Below, piece after piece: positions 30,321 through 41,779 of a stretch of 62,387 nt of DNA. Every line of letters begins with the position of its first letter. Position 1 is the first letter of the stretch. The stretch covers positions 1-62,387 of the forward strand of contig SHWM01000004.1 in NCBI GenBank assembly GCA_009693835.1, written 5' to 3'. Origin of the DNA: Alphaproteobacteria bacterium (lineage in GTDB: Bacteria > Pseudomonadota > Alphaproteobacteria > UBA11222). The notes beneath the pieces are model-generated. The model saw only the letters and a list, made by a program, of their open reading frames with translations. It was not told where the DNA came from and did no database searches. Position numbers and translations under genes: made by a program.

Positions 30321-31380
30321 ACGCGAACAGGAAATAGCGGATTTTCTTCATCGGGCCGGTTGGGGTGCTGCAAACCGCACCCGCATGGCCGATGACGCGG
30401 GCTATCGAAGCTATCAGCGCCTGTCGGGAGCCCTGGGGGGAGCCATTTTGATGAATGCGCCGCCCGGCGGCGATCAGCTGCGCTCGGCTGCGGCGGGGGC
30501 CTATAACAGGCTGGCGCATCTGGCAACCGATTGCCGGCCGTTTGCGGCGGTCGCGCGCTATCTGCAAGGACTGGGACTGACGGCGCCGCAAATTCTGGCC
30601 GCGGATCTGCCGCGCGGTCTGATGCTGCTGGAAGATCTGGGCGATGATCTGTTCGCCAGCGCCATTCCCGCGGGCGCGGATGAAACACAGCTTTATGGTG
30701 CGGCCATTGACGTGTTGCTGGCGCTGCATGCCGCAAAGGTCCTGGACAGGCTGCCGGTGGGCGACGGCGGCGATCATGTGCTGAGCCAGTATGATGCGGG
30801 TGCACAGGAAGCCGAAGTGCGGCTGTTATGCGAATGGTACGCCCCGGTGGTGATGGGCCGCGCGCTGGAGGAGCCTGCACAGGCGGAATTTTTAGATCAT
30901 TGGCGGCATTTGTTCGTGCGCGTTACGCCCGCGCGCCCGGTGCTGGTGTTACGCGATTATCATGCGCAGAATCTGTTCTGGCTGCCGCAACGCCGTGGCG
31001 TTGCGCGCGTGGGGCTGATCGATTTTCAGGATGGTCTGCTGGGCAGCCCCGCCTATGATCTGGTGTCGTTGCTGGAAGATGCGCGCCGCGATGTGCCGCC
31101 CGGGCTTGCAGCGGTGATGCTCGCGCGTTATTGCGCGGGCGCCGCCCTGGCGGATTCAGGCTTTGACGAAGCCGGGTTCCGCACGGCCTATGCGGTGGCG
31201 GGTGCCCAGCGTAATTGTAAAATTCTGGGTATTTTTGCGCGGCTCGCCAAACGCGATAACAAGCCCGCTTATTTACAACTGATTCCCCGTGTGCGCGCCT
31301 GTCTGCGCCAGGATTTGCAGCATCCGGCGTTATCGCCGCTCAAAGACTGGTTCGCGGCGCATCTGCCTCTGGAGGGTTAG
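30313..31380 (+). CDS. Aminoglycoside phosphotransferase family, MurNAc/GlcNAc kinase AmgK-like
   Basis: RSYQRL, LLEDLGD, RDYHAQNL, IDFQD, YDLVSLL, KILGIFARL; follows tsaE. Confidence 0.82.
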   Translation: MSEREQEIADFLHRAGWGAANRTRMADDAGYRSYQRLSGALGGAILMNAPPGGDQLRSAAAGAYNRLAHLATDCRPFAAVARYLQGLGLTAPQILAADLPRGLMLLEDLGDDLFASAIPAGADETQLYGAAIDVLLALHAAKVLDRLPVGDGGDHVLSQYDAGAQEAEVRLLCEWYAPVVMGRALEEPAQAEFLDHWRHLFVRVTPARPVLVLRDYHAQNLFWLPQRRGVARVGLIDFQDGLLGSPAYDLVSLLEDARRDVPPGLAAVMLARYCAGAALADSGFDEAGFRTAYAVAGAQRNCKILGIFARLAKRDNKPAYLQLIPRVRACLRQDLQHPALSPLKDWFAAHLPLEG

Positions 31381-31387
31381 TTTATTT

Positions 31388-31656
31388 CTACCTGCGCACT
31401 AAGTATCCAACCGTCCCACCGGCGGCAGCGCTTATAATCGACATAGCCCACTTTTTTTCTTCTGCGGATGCTTCTGGCGATGACAGCGTATTTATGCAAA
31501 TCCACACGATTAGCGCCACGAACCCGATACCAGCCAGAAAAGTGTCACTTCCCTGAATAACCGGACTATACGTTCGCTTGCAGCTTCCTCTCGCTGAATA
31601 GTTACATTGATTTCATGACCAGCCGCAGGCTTGCCAAGGTCAATTGTGCTGTTTAC
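31388..31656 (-). pseudogene. Cryptic ~89-aa two-TM membrane protein gene with a non-canonical or decayed start and a 1-nt deletion in the A4 run at 31538-31541
   Basis: Reads VNSTIDLGKPAAGHEINVTIQREEAASERIVRLFREVTL and, after +1 nt, FLAGIGFVALIVWICINTLSSPEASAEEKKWAMSIISAAAGGTVGYLVRR*. Its first codon overlaps the RHH stop. Confidence 0.6.
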
Positions 31657-31865
31657 AGGCCGATGATTTCCGTTTTTAATTTATCGGTGTCACGCTCTAC
31701 CAGGCCGATCTTCAATCCATGCGCCGCGCCATTACGGGCCGCTAAATACAACTCAATTGCCTTACGAAAAATTTCGCTCCTGGTCGTATCGTGGTCAGCC
31801 TCAATAATTTTATCAATTTCTTGGTTCAACTTGTCAGATAGAACCATATTGATGCGTACGCTCAT
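31653..31865 (-). CDS. Ribbon-helix-helix (CopG-like) protein
   Basis: MSVRINMVLSDKLNQEIDKI..TRSEIFRKAIELY; AT-rich insert. Confidence 0.75.
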   Translation of the reverse strand: MSVRINMVLSDKLNQEIDKIIEADHDTTRSEIFRKAIELYLAARNGAAHGLKIGLVERDTDKLKTEIIGL

Positions 31866-31908
31866 TATGTCACCATATATATGTGAATTGTATGCTGTTT
31901 ATATGTAA

Positions 31909-33198
31909 TTATAGCGCATTGGTCAAGTGATTTTTTTCCCTTCCCTGCGCCTGCTCCAGCAACTGCACCCAGTGCAGCACGGGAATTTTTGCGCCCGCCG
32001 CGATCTGCACCTGACAGCCGATATTGCCGGTGGCGATGATGTCGGGTTGCAGCGCCAGCAAATTTTCCGTCTTGGCGGCGGCCAGCCGTGCGCTCATATC
32101 CGGCTGCAACAGGGTGTAACTGCCGGCCGCGCCACAGCACAGATGCGCATCGCGTGGAATCAGCACTTCAAAGCCTGCCTTTTGTAACAGGCTTTCCACC
32201 TTGCCGCTTTGCTTCTGGCCGTGCTGCAGCGAACAGGCGGCGTGATAGGCGATGCGCTGGGTCTGGGGCTGTACAGAGGCAGGCAGGTCCAGCGCAAACA
32301 GAAACTCGCTGATGTCCTGGGTAATGGCGGCCATATGCGCCGCCACTTCCTTATACAGATCGTCGTCGCGCAGTAAATGCGCATATTCCTTTACCTGCGT
32401 GCCGCAGCCGGATGCGGTGATCAGAATGGCGTCGAGGCCCCCATTGCCGGCGGCCTCCGCCCAGGCGCGGACATTGGCGCGGGCAAACTGTTTTGCGGAA
32501 GCCGCCTGCCCCAGATGATAATTGAGCGCGCCACAGCACCCGGCCTGTTCGGGAACCACGACTTCCACGCCCAGCTGGTTGAGCAGCCGGATCGCGGCGA
32601 TATTGATTTCCGGCGCCAGCACGGGCTGCACACAGCCGTTCAGCAGCGCCACACGCCTGCGCCTTGCGCCTTGCGCCGGATAGACGCCAGAAAGTGCTTT
32701 GCACGAGGGCAGCGCCGTCTTCCACGTCATGGCGGCCATGCGGCCAAGCGGGCCGGGCAGGTATCTGGCAAACGGTGAGCTGAGTTTTCCAAGCCACATG
32801 GCGGCGCGGAATCGCCCGGTATGCGGTAAAACAAACCCAATCGCCGCGCGCAGTAATTGTTCCAGAAGCGGCCGCTGGAAATGGGTTTCGATATGCGCGC
32901 GGGCATGGTCCACCAGCCGCATATAATCCACGCCGGAGGGGCAGGTGGTGGCGCAGCCCAAACAGGACAGGCAACCGTCTATATGGGCCACCGTGCGCGC
33001 ATCCGGCGGCGCCGCGCTTTGCAGCATTTCACGCATCAGATAAATGCGCCCGCGCGGCCCGTCATTCTCATTGCCGGTTTGCAGATAGGTCGGACAGGTG
33101 GCGTTGCAAAATCCGCAATGCACGCAGGCGCGCAGAATTTTTTCGGACTGCGCCATGCCGGGTTCGCGTAATTGTGCGGGGCTGAACTCTGTGCGCAT
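31909..33198 (-). CDS. glcF: Glycolate oxidase iron-sulfur subunit
   Basis: CVHCGFCNATCPTY, GPRGRI, CLSCLGCATTCPSGV, two CCG domains, NIGC. Confidence 0.9.
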   Translation of the reverse strand: MRTEFSPAQLREPGMAQSEKILRACVHCGFCNATCPTYLQTGNENDGPRGRIYLMREMLQSAAPPDARTVAHIDGCLSCLGCATTCPSGVDYMRLVDHARAHIETHFQRPLLEQLLRAAIGFVLPHTGRFRAAMWLGKLSSPFARYLPGPLGRMAAMTWKTALPSCKALSGVYPAQGARRRRVALLNGCVQPVLAPEINIAAIRLLNQLGVEVVVPEQAGCCGALNYHLGQAASAKQFARANVRAWAEAAGNGGLDAILITASGCGTQVKEYAHLLRDDDLYKEVAAHMAAITQDISEFLFALDLPASVQPQTQRIAYHAACSLQHGQKQSGKVESLLQKAGFEVLIPRDAHLCCGAAGSYTLLQPDMSARLAAAKTENLLALQPDIIATGNIGCQVQIAAGAKIPVLHWVQLLEQAQGREKNHLTNAL

Positions 33199-33208
33199 CT
33201 ACACCGCC

Positions 33209-34111
33209 TCAGTCGCGCACGAAATCATTGCCGCGATAGCCCTGCAGATAGAGTAATGCGGTCAGATCGCCATGATCGATGCGTGCCCGCGCCGCCGCCG
33301 CCGCCACCGGCTTGGCGTGAAAGGCCACCCCCATGCCCGCGGCCTGTATCATCGCCAAATCATTGGCCCCATCGCCCACGGCCATCGCCTGGTGGTCATA
33401 TATTCCGTGAACAGAGCAAAATTCCTGCAGCGCCGCCAGTTTGGCCTCGCGTCCCAGAATGGGGTCTGCAACGCCTGTTAACCGGCCGTTTTCAAAAATC
33501 AGGCGGTTGGCGCGTTCCGCATCAAATCCCGCCGCCGCGGCCACCCGTTCGGTGAAATAGCTGAAGCCACCCGAGACCAGCACCGTATGCGCACCAAAAG
33601 CCGCCATGGTGCGCACCAGTATGCGCGCGCCGGGCATCAGGCGCACACGTTCGGTATAGGCATCGTTCAGGACGCTGACCGGCAGGCCGGCCAGCATATT
33701 GATGCGTTCGCGCAATGCCGCCTCAAACACAATCTCGCCCCGCATGGCGCGTTCGGTGATGGCCGACACCTCGGCTTTCCTGCCTGCGAAATCGGCGAGC
33801 TCGTCCAGACATTCCACTGTGATGATGGTCGAATCCATGTCGGCGATCAGCAGTTTGCGCCGGCGCTGTTCACCCGCCTCGTGCACCACTATATCCACGG
33901 GCGCATCGTCCAGCCTGTCGTGCAGAATGTCCGCGATCTCGATTGGCGGCAGGCCCGCACAGGGCAGATCGACGGCGATCGGCCCGTCCAGCCAATCGAG
34001 GTGTCCGGTCAGGCCGCCTTCGCGCTCCAGCGCATCGGACAGATCGGAAACCAGACTGGTGTCGAGAACGACATTCGCCGGATTGCAGATCAGGGTGATA
34101 GTATGATGCAT
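33209..34111 (-). CDS. serB: Phosphoserine phosphatase
   Basis: DMDSTII, ITERAMRGE, SGGF, GDGANDL; start MHHTITL at 34111. Confidence 0.93.
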   Translation of the reverse strand: MHHTITLICNPANVVLDTSLVSDLSDALEREGGLTGHLDWLDGPIAVDLPCAGLPPIEIADILHDRLDDAPVDIVVHEAGEQRRRKLLIADMDSTIITVECLDELADFAGRKAEVSAITERAMRGEIVFEAALRERINMLAGLPVSVLNDAYTERVRLMPGARILVRTMAAFGAHTVLVSGGFSYFTERVAAAAGFDAERANRLIFENGRLTGVADPILGREAKLAALQEFCSVHGIYDHQAMAVGDGANDLAMIQAAGMGVAFHAKPVAAAAARARIDHGDLTALLYLQGYRGNDFVRD

Positions 34112-34135
34112 GGCAACGGCACTTTGGGATCTAAC

Positions 34136-35104
34136 ATGAAACGGCAACGCGCACTTCTTATTGCAGGGCCAACCGCCAGCGGCAAGTCTGCTCTGGCGCT
34201 GCGTCTGGCCGAGGCGCTGGCCAGCCGGGGGGGTGCGGCCATTGTCAACGCCGACAGCATGCAGATTTACCGGGAATTGCCGATCCTGACGGCGCGTCCG
34301 GGGGTGGCCGACCTGGCCCGCGCGCCGCATCATCTGTATGGCTTTCGGGCAGCAGATGAACCCTGTTCGGCAGGAGAATGGGCGGCCATGGCCGCCGCCC
34401 GCATGCAGGAAATCTGCAATGAGGGACGCCTGCCCATTCTGGTGGGCGGCACGGGACTGTATTTCCGGGCGCTGACGGAAGGTATTGCCCCCATTCCTGA
34501 GATTGATCCGGCGATCCGCGCACTGGCCAGACAGGAAATGGCGGAAACCGGCCCAGAGAGCTTTCACGCCAGATTGTCTAAAGTGGACCCGGAGATGGCC
34601 CGGCGCCTGCGGCCCAGCGATCCGCAGCGCCTGCTGCGCGCCTGGGAAGTGCTGAAAAGCACGGGTATTTCGCTGGCCGGGTGGCAGGAAAAGCCGGTGC
34701 CGCCATTGTTTTCCGGGCAAATGCTGCATTTCGCGCTGATGCCCCGGCGCGAAGAACTGTACGCCCGATGCGATGACCGCCTGGAAGACATGCTGCGGGC
34801 GGGGGTGATGCGGGAGATTGCAGCGTTTGAAGAACTGGCGCAGGCCAGAAAGCTGGACCCAAGCCTGCCATTGTTTCGCGCCGTGGGGCTGGCGCCGCTG
34901 CGGGGGCTGCTGTATGGAAGGCTGCAACCGGATGAGGCCCTGCAACAGGCCAAAACCGCCACCCGGCAATATGCCAAACGCCAGCTGACCTGGATCAGGA
35001 ATCAGATGATTGCGTGGAGCAAGGCAAATACGAAAGATTCGGAAAGACTTTTTCAGGAAATCTTTGCATTAATTATAAAATCGGGCTTGACCGATCTGGC
35101 CTGA
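34136..35104 (+). CDS. miaA: tRNA dimethylallyltransferase
   Basis: GPTASGKS, NADSMQIY, GGTGLY, TRQYAKRQLTW. Confidence 0.95.
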   Translation: MKRQRALLIAGPTASGKSALALRLAEALASRGGAAIVNADSMQIYRELPILTARPGVADLARAPHHLYGFRAADEPCSAGEWAAMAAARMQEICNEGRLPILVGGTGLYFRALTEGIAPIPEIDPAIRALARQEMAETGPESFHARLSKVDPEMARRLRPSDPQRLLRAWEVLKSTGISLAGWQEKPVPPLFSGQMLHFALMPRREELYARCDDRLEDMLRAGVMREIAAFEELAQARKLDPSLPLFRAVGLAPLRGLLYGRLQPDEALQQAKTATRQYAKRQLTWIRNQMIAWSKANTKDSERLFQEIFALIIKSGLTDLA

Positions 35105-35216
35105 ACCGATATGGTGCGCGGCTCACGGCCTGAGTGAATGCATTAAGCTTATATAGACATTGGGTTTTTTGTCTTTTCCACAGGAATGGTGGATCATGAT
35201 TATGTTGATTTTTTAA

Positions 35217-35310
35217 CCCCCCACCCCGGCCCTCCCCCACAAGGGGGGAGGGAGAAGATCAGAATTCGGTGGTAAAGCCCCTCGCCTTTGATGGGGAGGG
35301 GTTGGGGTGA
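35217..35310. repeat. C-rich/G-rich bipartite palindromic repeat (REP-like)
   Basis: CCCCACCCCGGCCCTCCCCCACAAGGGGGGAGGG...GATGGGGAGGGGTTGGGGTGAG; near reverse complement of 52438-52537. Confidence 0.8.
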
Positions 35311-35369
35311 GAAAAACCACTGGCAGGTCCAATCAGATTAGGTGTGCTTTAAGAAACTGGACGGGCGAT

Positions 35370-37127
35370 ATGAACGGCGAAAAGATGACCGGGGCGGAAA
35401 TCGTCCTGAGGGCGCTGCAGGATCAGGGCGTGGAAGTCATATTTGGCTATCCCGGCGGCGCCGTCCTGCCGATTTACGATGAAATTTTCCGTCAGGAAAA
35501 CCGAATCCGGCATGTGCTGGTGCGCCACGAACAAGGCGCCACCCATGCAGCCGAAGGCTATGCCCGCTCGACCGGCAAGCCCGGCGTGGTGCTGGTGACA
35601 TCCGGTCCGGGGGCGACTAATGCGGTGACCGGTATTACCGATGCGCTGCTGGATTCAATTCCGCTGGTGGTGCTAACCGGCCAGGTGCCGACCAAACTCA
35701 TCGGCACCGACGCGTTTCAGGAAGCCGATACTGTCGGCATTACCCGTTCCTGCACCAAGCACAACTGGCTGGTCAGGGATGTGAACGACCTGGCCCGTGT
35801 GCTGCACGAGGCGTTTTACGTGGCGACCAGGGGCCGGCCGGGTCCGGTGGTGGTGGATATTCCGAAAGATGTGCAGTTCGCGCTGGGCAATTATGTGGGA
35901 CCCGCCAATGTGGCGCATCGCAGTTACAAGCCGCGGGTGAAAGGCGATCTGGAACGCATCAAGGAAGCTGCCGACCTGATCGCCACGGCAAAGAAGCCGC
36001 TGTTCTATACCGGCGGCGGCGTGATCAATTCCGGTCCGGTGGCGTCGCAACTGCTGCGTGAATTTGTGCGCACGACCGGCTTTCCCATCACGTCCACCCT
36101 GATGGGGCTGGGGGCCTATCCCGCCGATGATGCGCAATGGCTGGGCATGCTGGGCATGCATGGCACCTGGGAAGCCAATCACGCCATGCATGATTGCGAC
36201 GTGATGATCTGTGTTGGCGCGCGTTTTGATGACCGGGTGACCGGGCGGCTGGACGCCTTCGCGCCCAATTCCAAAAAAATCCACATCGATATTGATCCCT
36301 CCTCGATCAACAAGAATGTGCGCGCGGACATACCGATCATTGGGGATGTGGCGCATGTGCTGAAAGACCTGATCCGGGTCTGGAAATCGCGCGTGCTGCG
36401 TTCGGACAAGGCGGCGCTAGCCAAATGGTGGGATCAGATCGCCGCCTGGCGCGCCCGCAACTGCCTGGCCTATAAACCTTCCAAGGATTTGATCAAACCG
36501 CAATATGCGATTGAACGGCTGTATGAACTGACCAAGGACCGCGACACTTATATCACCACCGAGGTGGGCCAGCATCAGATGTGGGCGGCGCAGTTCTACC
36601 GCTTTCAGGCCCCCAACCGCTGGATGACATCGGGTGGGCTCGGCACCATGGGCTATGGCCTGCCGGCCGCGGTGGGCGTGCAGATCGCGCATCCCGACAG
36701 CCTGGTCATCGACATTGCCGGCGAGGCGTCGGTGCAGATGACCATGCAGGAAATGTCGACGGCGGTGCAGCATGACCTGCCGATCAAGATTTTCATCATC
36801 AATAATGAATATATGGGCATGGTGCGCCAATGGCAGGAACTGTTGCATGGCGGCCGCTATTCGCATTCCTATTCTGAATCGCTGCCGGATTTTGTCAAAC
36901 TGGCCGACGCCTATGGCGCGGTCGGCATGCGCGTCACCAAACCGGGCGATCTCGATGCCGCCATCCGTGAAATGATCAATGTCAAACGGCCGGTACTGTT
37001 CGATTGTCTGGTCGACAAAACCGAAAACTGCTTCCCGATGATCCCGTCGGGCGAGGCGCACAATAATATGATACTGGCCGATCTGGGAGATCAGACCGTG
37101 TCGGCGGCTGGAAAGATGCTGGTGTAG
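35370..37127 (+). CDS. ilvI: Acetolactate synthase large subunit
   Basis: FGYPGGAVLP, RHEQGA, TSGPGATN, SGGLGTMG, GMVRQWQ. Confidence 0.94.
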   Translation: MNGEKMTGAEIVLRALQDQGVEVIFGYPGGAVLPIYDEIFRQENRIRHVLVRHEQGATHAAEGYARSTGKPGVVLVTSGPGATNAVTGITDALLDSIPLVVLTGQVPTKLIGTDAFQEADTVGITRSCTKHNWLVRDVNDLARVLHEAFYVATRGRPGPVVVDIPKDVQFALGNYVGPANVAHRSYKPRVKGDLERIKEAADLIATAKKPLFYTGGGVINSGPVASQLLREFVRTTGFPITSTLMGLGAYPADDAQWLGMLGMHGTWEANHAMHDCDVMICVGARFDDRVTGRLDAFAPNSKKIHIDIDPSSINKNVRADIPIIGDVAHVLKDLIRVWKSRVLRSDKAALAKWWDQIAAWRARNCLAYKPSKDLIKPQYAIERLYELTKDRDTYITTEVGQHQMWAAQFYRFQAPNRWMTSGGLGTMGYGLPAAVGVQIAHPDSLVIDIAGEASVQMTMQEMSTAVQHDLPIKIFIINNEYMGMVRQWQELLHGGRYSHSYSESLPDFVKLADAYGAVGMRVTKPGDLDAAIREMINVKRPVLFDCLVDKTENCFPMIPSGEAHNNMILADLGDQTVSAAGKMLV

Positions 37128-37128
37128 G

Positions 37129-37659
37129 ATGTCTTACGATCCGGTTATCCCGCAATCCGAAATCATCCGCACCCATACCATGGCGGTGCTGGTGGACAAT
37201 GAATCCGGCGTGCTGGCGCGCGTCATCGGCCTGTTTGCCGGGCGCGGCTATAATATTGAAAGTCTGACGGTGGCCGAGGTGGATGCGCAGGAACACACCT
37301 CGCGCATCACCATCGTCACCTCCGGCACGGCGCAGATCATCGAACAGATCAAAAACCAGCTCGACCGGCTGGTGCCCGTGCACCGCGTCGTGGATCTGAC
37401 GGTGGAAACCGAACCGCTGGAGCGCGAGCTCGCCCTCATCAAGGTCAAGGGCGCGGGCGACAAGCGCATGGAGGCGCTGCGCATCGCCGACAGTTTCCGC
37501 GCCCGGGTGGTGGACACCACACTGAATTCCTTTGTGTTCGAGTTGACCGGATCGCCCGGCAAGATCAACGCCTATATCGAATTGATGCGGCCGCTTGGCC
37601 TGATTGACGTCTCGCGCACGGGCGTTGCCGCTATCTCGCGCGGCCCGGAAGCGCTATAA
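37129..37659 (+). CDS. ilvH: Acetolactate synthase small (regulatory) subunit
   Basis: VDNESGVLARV, RGYNIESL, ERELAL. Confidence 0.94.
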   Translation: MSYDPVIPQSEIIRTHTMAVLVDNESGVLARVIGLFAGRGYNIESLTVAEVDAQEHTSRITIVTSGTAQIIEQIKNQLDRLVPVHRVVDLTVETEPLERELALIKVKGAGDKRMEALRIADSFRARVVDTTLNSFVFELTGSPGKINAYIELMRPLGLIDVSRTGVAAISRGPEAL

Positions 37660-37679
37660 TATTAATTCTTGAACTCTGA

Positions 37680-38717
<1,038 letters not shown>

Positions 38718-38811
38718 ACTAAACGTCATTGCGAGCGAAGAGTACCGAGACAAATTTGGCGATGGCGGATGCATCAACTCGACATCTGTACGCTTCTGCG
38801 GACGTTATTAT

Positions 38812-39552
38812 ATGAAAGTTACAGCAGAGAGAGAATTTGATCATGCGTTTGTTGTGATAGCGGATGATATCAAATTAGTCTGGGCTGTACTTTCGGAAGA
38901 TATTGGCACAGTGACATTTGAGGCAGATTGCGTTGATGGTATAAAACGGCAATTTGATTCATACGAAGTATTGATCGAGTACCAGAACGCTAGTGGGAAG
39001 GCCTTTAAGTCAATTGACATTACAGCCCGAGATGAAGACGGCAGGGCCTCAGCCACACTGCGTCTCGGCACTGAATATAGATATCTAGCTAATATTGCTC
39101 TAATTGTTAGAGCAGAAGAGGAATTAGCACAAAAAACCCGGAGTCGTATTAGCGAAATAATTGTTGAATTAAAGCCTTGGTATTCACCATTCCGCAAGGC
39201 GAACCATATTTATGTAGGTTTAGTTATTTATGTATTATTATTGAACACAAGTTTTATATACACTAAAGATCTAGCCGTTGAAGCGTTGAAGTCTATGACA
39301 AGTTCGGGTGTTTCGAGAGAACTACTTGTTGTAATATTTGTCTTTATCCTGTCTGTTTTCCTGGCTTTACTTTATCTTCTCCTTTGGGGCCTAGGTAAGC
39401 TGGTGGCTCGATTTTTTCCGAAATCGGCTTTTGCGATTGGCAGGGGATTGGAGCGGTATAATTTTGATGAGAGGATTCGTTGGGGGATATTTGGTGTCCC
39501 CTTGTCCCTCTTCACTGCTTTTGCCGTTAACTTCATACGCTCATTATTTTAA
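38812..39552 (+). CDS. Hypothetical protein: N-terminal soluble domain plus about three C-terminal TM helices (AT-rich)
   Basis: 246-aa open frame in AT-rich DNA; hydrophobic segments after residue ~130. Confidence 0.65.
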   Translation: MKVTAEREFDHAFVVIADDIKLVWAVLSEDIGTVTFEADCVDGIKRQFDSYEVLIEYQNASGKAFKSIDITARDEDGRASATLRLGTEYRYLANIALIVRAEEELAQKTRSRISEIIVELKPWYSPFRKANHIYVGLVIYVLLLNTSFIYTKDLAVEALKSMTSSGVSRELLVVIFVFILSVFLALLYLLLWGLGKLVARFFPKSAFAIGRGLERYNFDERIRWGIFGVPLSLFTAFAVNFIRSLF

Positions 39553-39712
39553 GATCATTCTAAGGAAGTAGCAGATTCTGATATTTTAATAATCACAGAT
39601 CAAAGGGGCTGCTCCCGCTTATTTCTCAAACCCCACCTTCGCTGCACAGTAATTTTGCCCTTCCTGGGCACCCCCGCCAGATCGTAATCGATCAGCTTGG
39701 TGTGTATTTGCG

Positions 39713-39743
39713 AACTACCAATAAATATTATACACCGGTAGTT
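39713..39743. promoter_or_regulatory. Putative parD operator inverted repeat
   Basis: AACTACC-N17-GGTAGTT around an AT-rich core, about 20 nt upstream of the parD ATG. Confidence 0.35.
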
Positions 39744-39762
39744 GTGATCAACGGAGACCAAA

Positions 39763-40011
39763 ATGGCCAAAAACACATCAGTTTCCCTTGGCGAACATTT
39801 TGAGGCGTTTATCGGCGCGCGGGTGGCGGCGGGGCGGTATGGTTCGGCCAGTGAAGTTGTCCGGGCCAGGCTGCGCCTGCTGGAAGAGCATGAGGCCAAG
39901 CTGGAAGCGCGGCGCGCCGCGCTGATTGAAGGCGAGGAAAGCGGGCCTGCGGTCCCTTTTGATTTCGATGCATTCCTTGCAAGAAAACGCTCTGAATATC
40001 AGGCGAAATGA
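39763..40011 (+). CDS. parD: Type II antitoxin, ParD/CC2985 family
   Basis: [47 protein letters not shown]. Confidence 0.9.
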   Translation: MAKNTSVSLGEHFEAFIGARVAAGRYGSASEVVRARLRLLEEHEAKLEARRAALIEGEESGPAVPFDFDAFLARKRSEYQAK

Positions 40012-40130
40012 AGCGTCTGTTTTTTGCCCCGCTGGCCACCAGTGACATAGAGCTAGATGATGTCAGATTGAATCGCCCCACTCTCCGCCTGTCACCCCGG
40101 ATTTATTCCTGGGTCCACCAGTCTTCGTAA
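40008..40130 (+). pseudogene. Truncated ParE/RelE toxin (about 15 N-terminal codons only)
   Basis: ATGA overlap with parD; [15 protein letters not shown] then runs into repeat DNA and stops at 40130. Confidence 0.6.
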
Positions 40131-40212
40131 GAAGGCTGCGGCCGGTAAAGGGAGTTATAAGGCAAGGCTTGTGTTATTTTGCTCCTGGACCCCGCAACAA
40201 GTGCGGGGTGAC
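40053..40212. repeat. CTAG-initiated palindromic element (GTCACCCCG...CGGGGTGAC type)
   Basis: GTCACCCCGGATTTATTCCTGGGTCCA ... TGGACCCCGCAACAAGTGCGGGGTGAC; GCCTGTCACCCCGGATTTA recurs at ~52173-52191. Confidence 0.75.
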
Positions 40213-40267
40213 TACAGGGATGTTTGCATAGACAAATCCAAAATCACCTCGCGGAGGGTAAAGCCCC

Positions 40268-41623
<1,356 letters not shown>

Positions 41624-41779
41624 GTCCTTTCAGGGGGAGATTTTACCGGTATTAAGGTTTGATCAATATTCGGTGCTTGTCTCAAAAAACACAATGACTA
41701 AATGGTGAAACAATTCCGCAAGATATTGGGTGCTAGGCTGTGCAGGCTTGGGGAAGCATATATTCAGGACAGACAGATC

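Noticed and set aside
33209-35104. 586-aa and 505-aa overlapping ORFs in the track
   Set aside because: N-terminal extensions are antisense shadows; the real genes are serB (start 34111) and miaA (start 34136)
35105-35369. ilv leader-peptide attenuator
   Set aside because: Only a 6-codon MIMLIF ORF (~35196); the hairpins belong to the dispersed repeat family and lack a U-tract
35307-35369. N-terminal extension of the acetolactate synthase from GTG 35307
   Set aside because: That GTG lies in the repeat end; family similarity begins near ATG 35370
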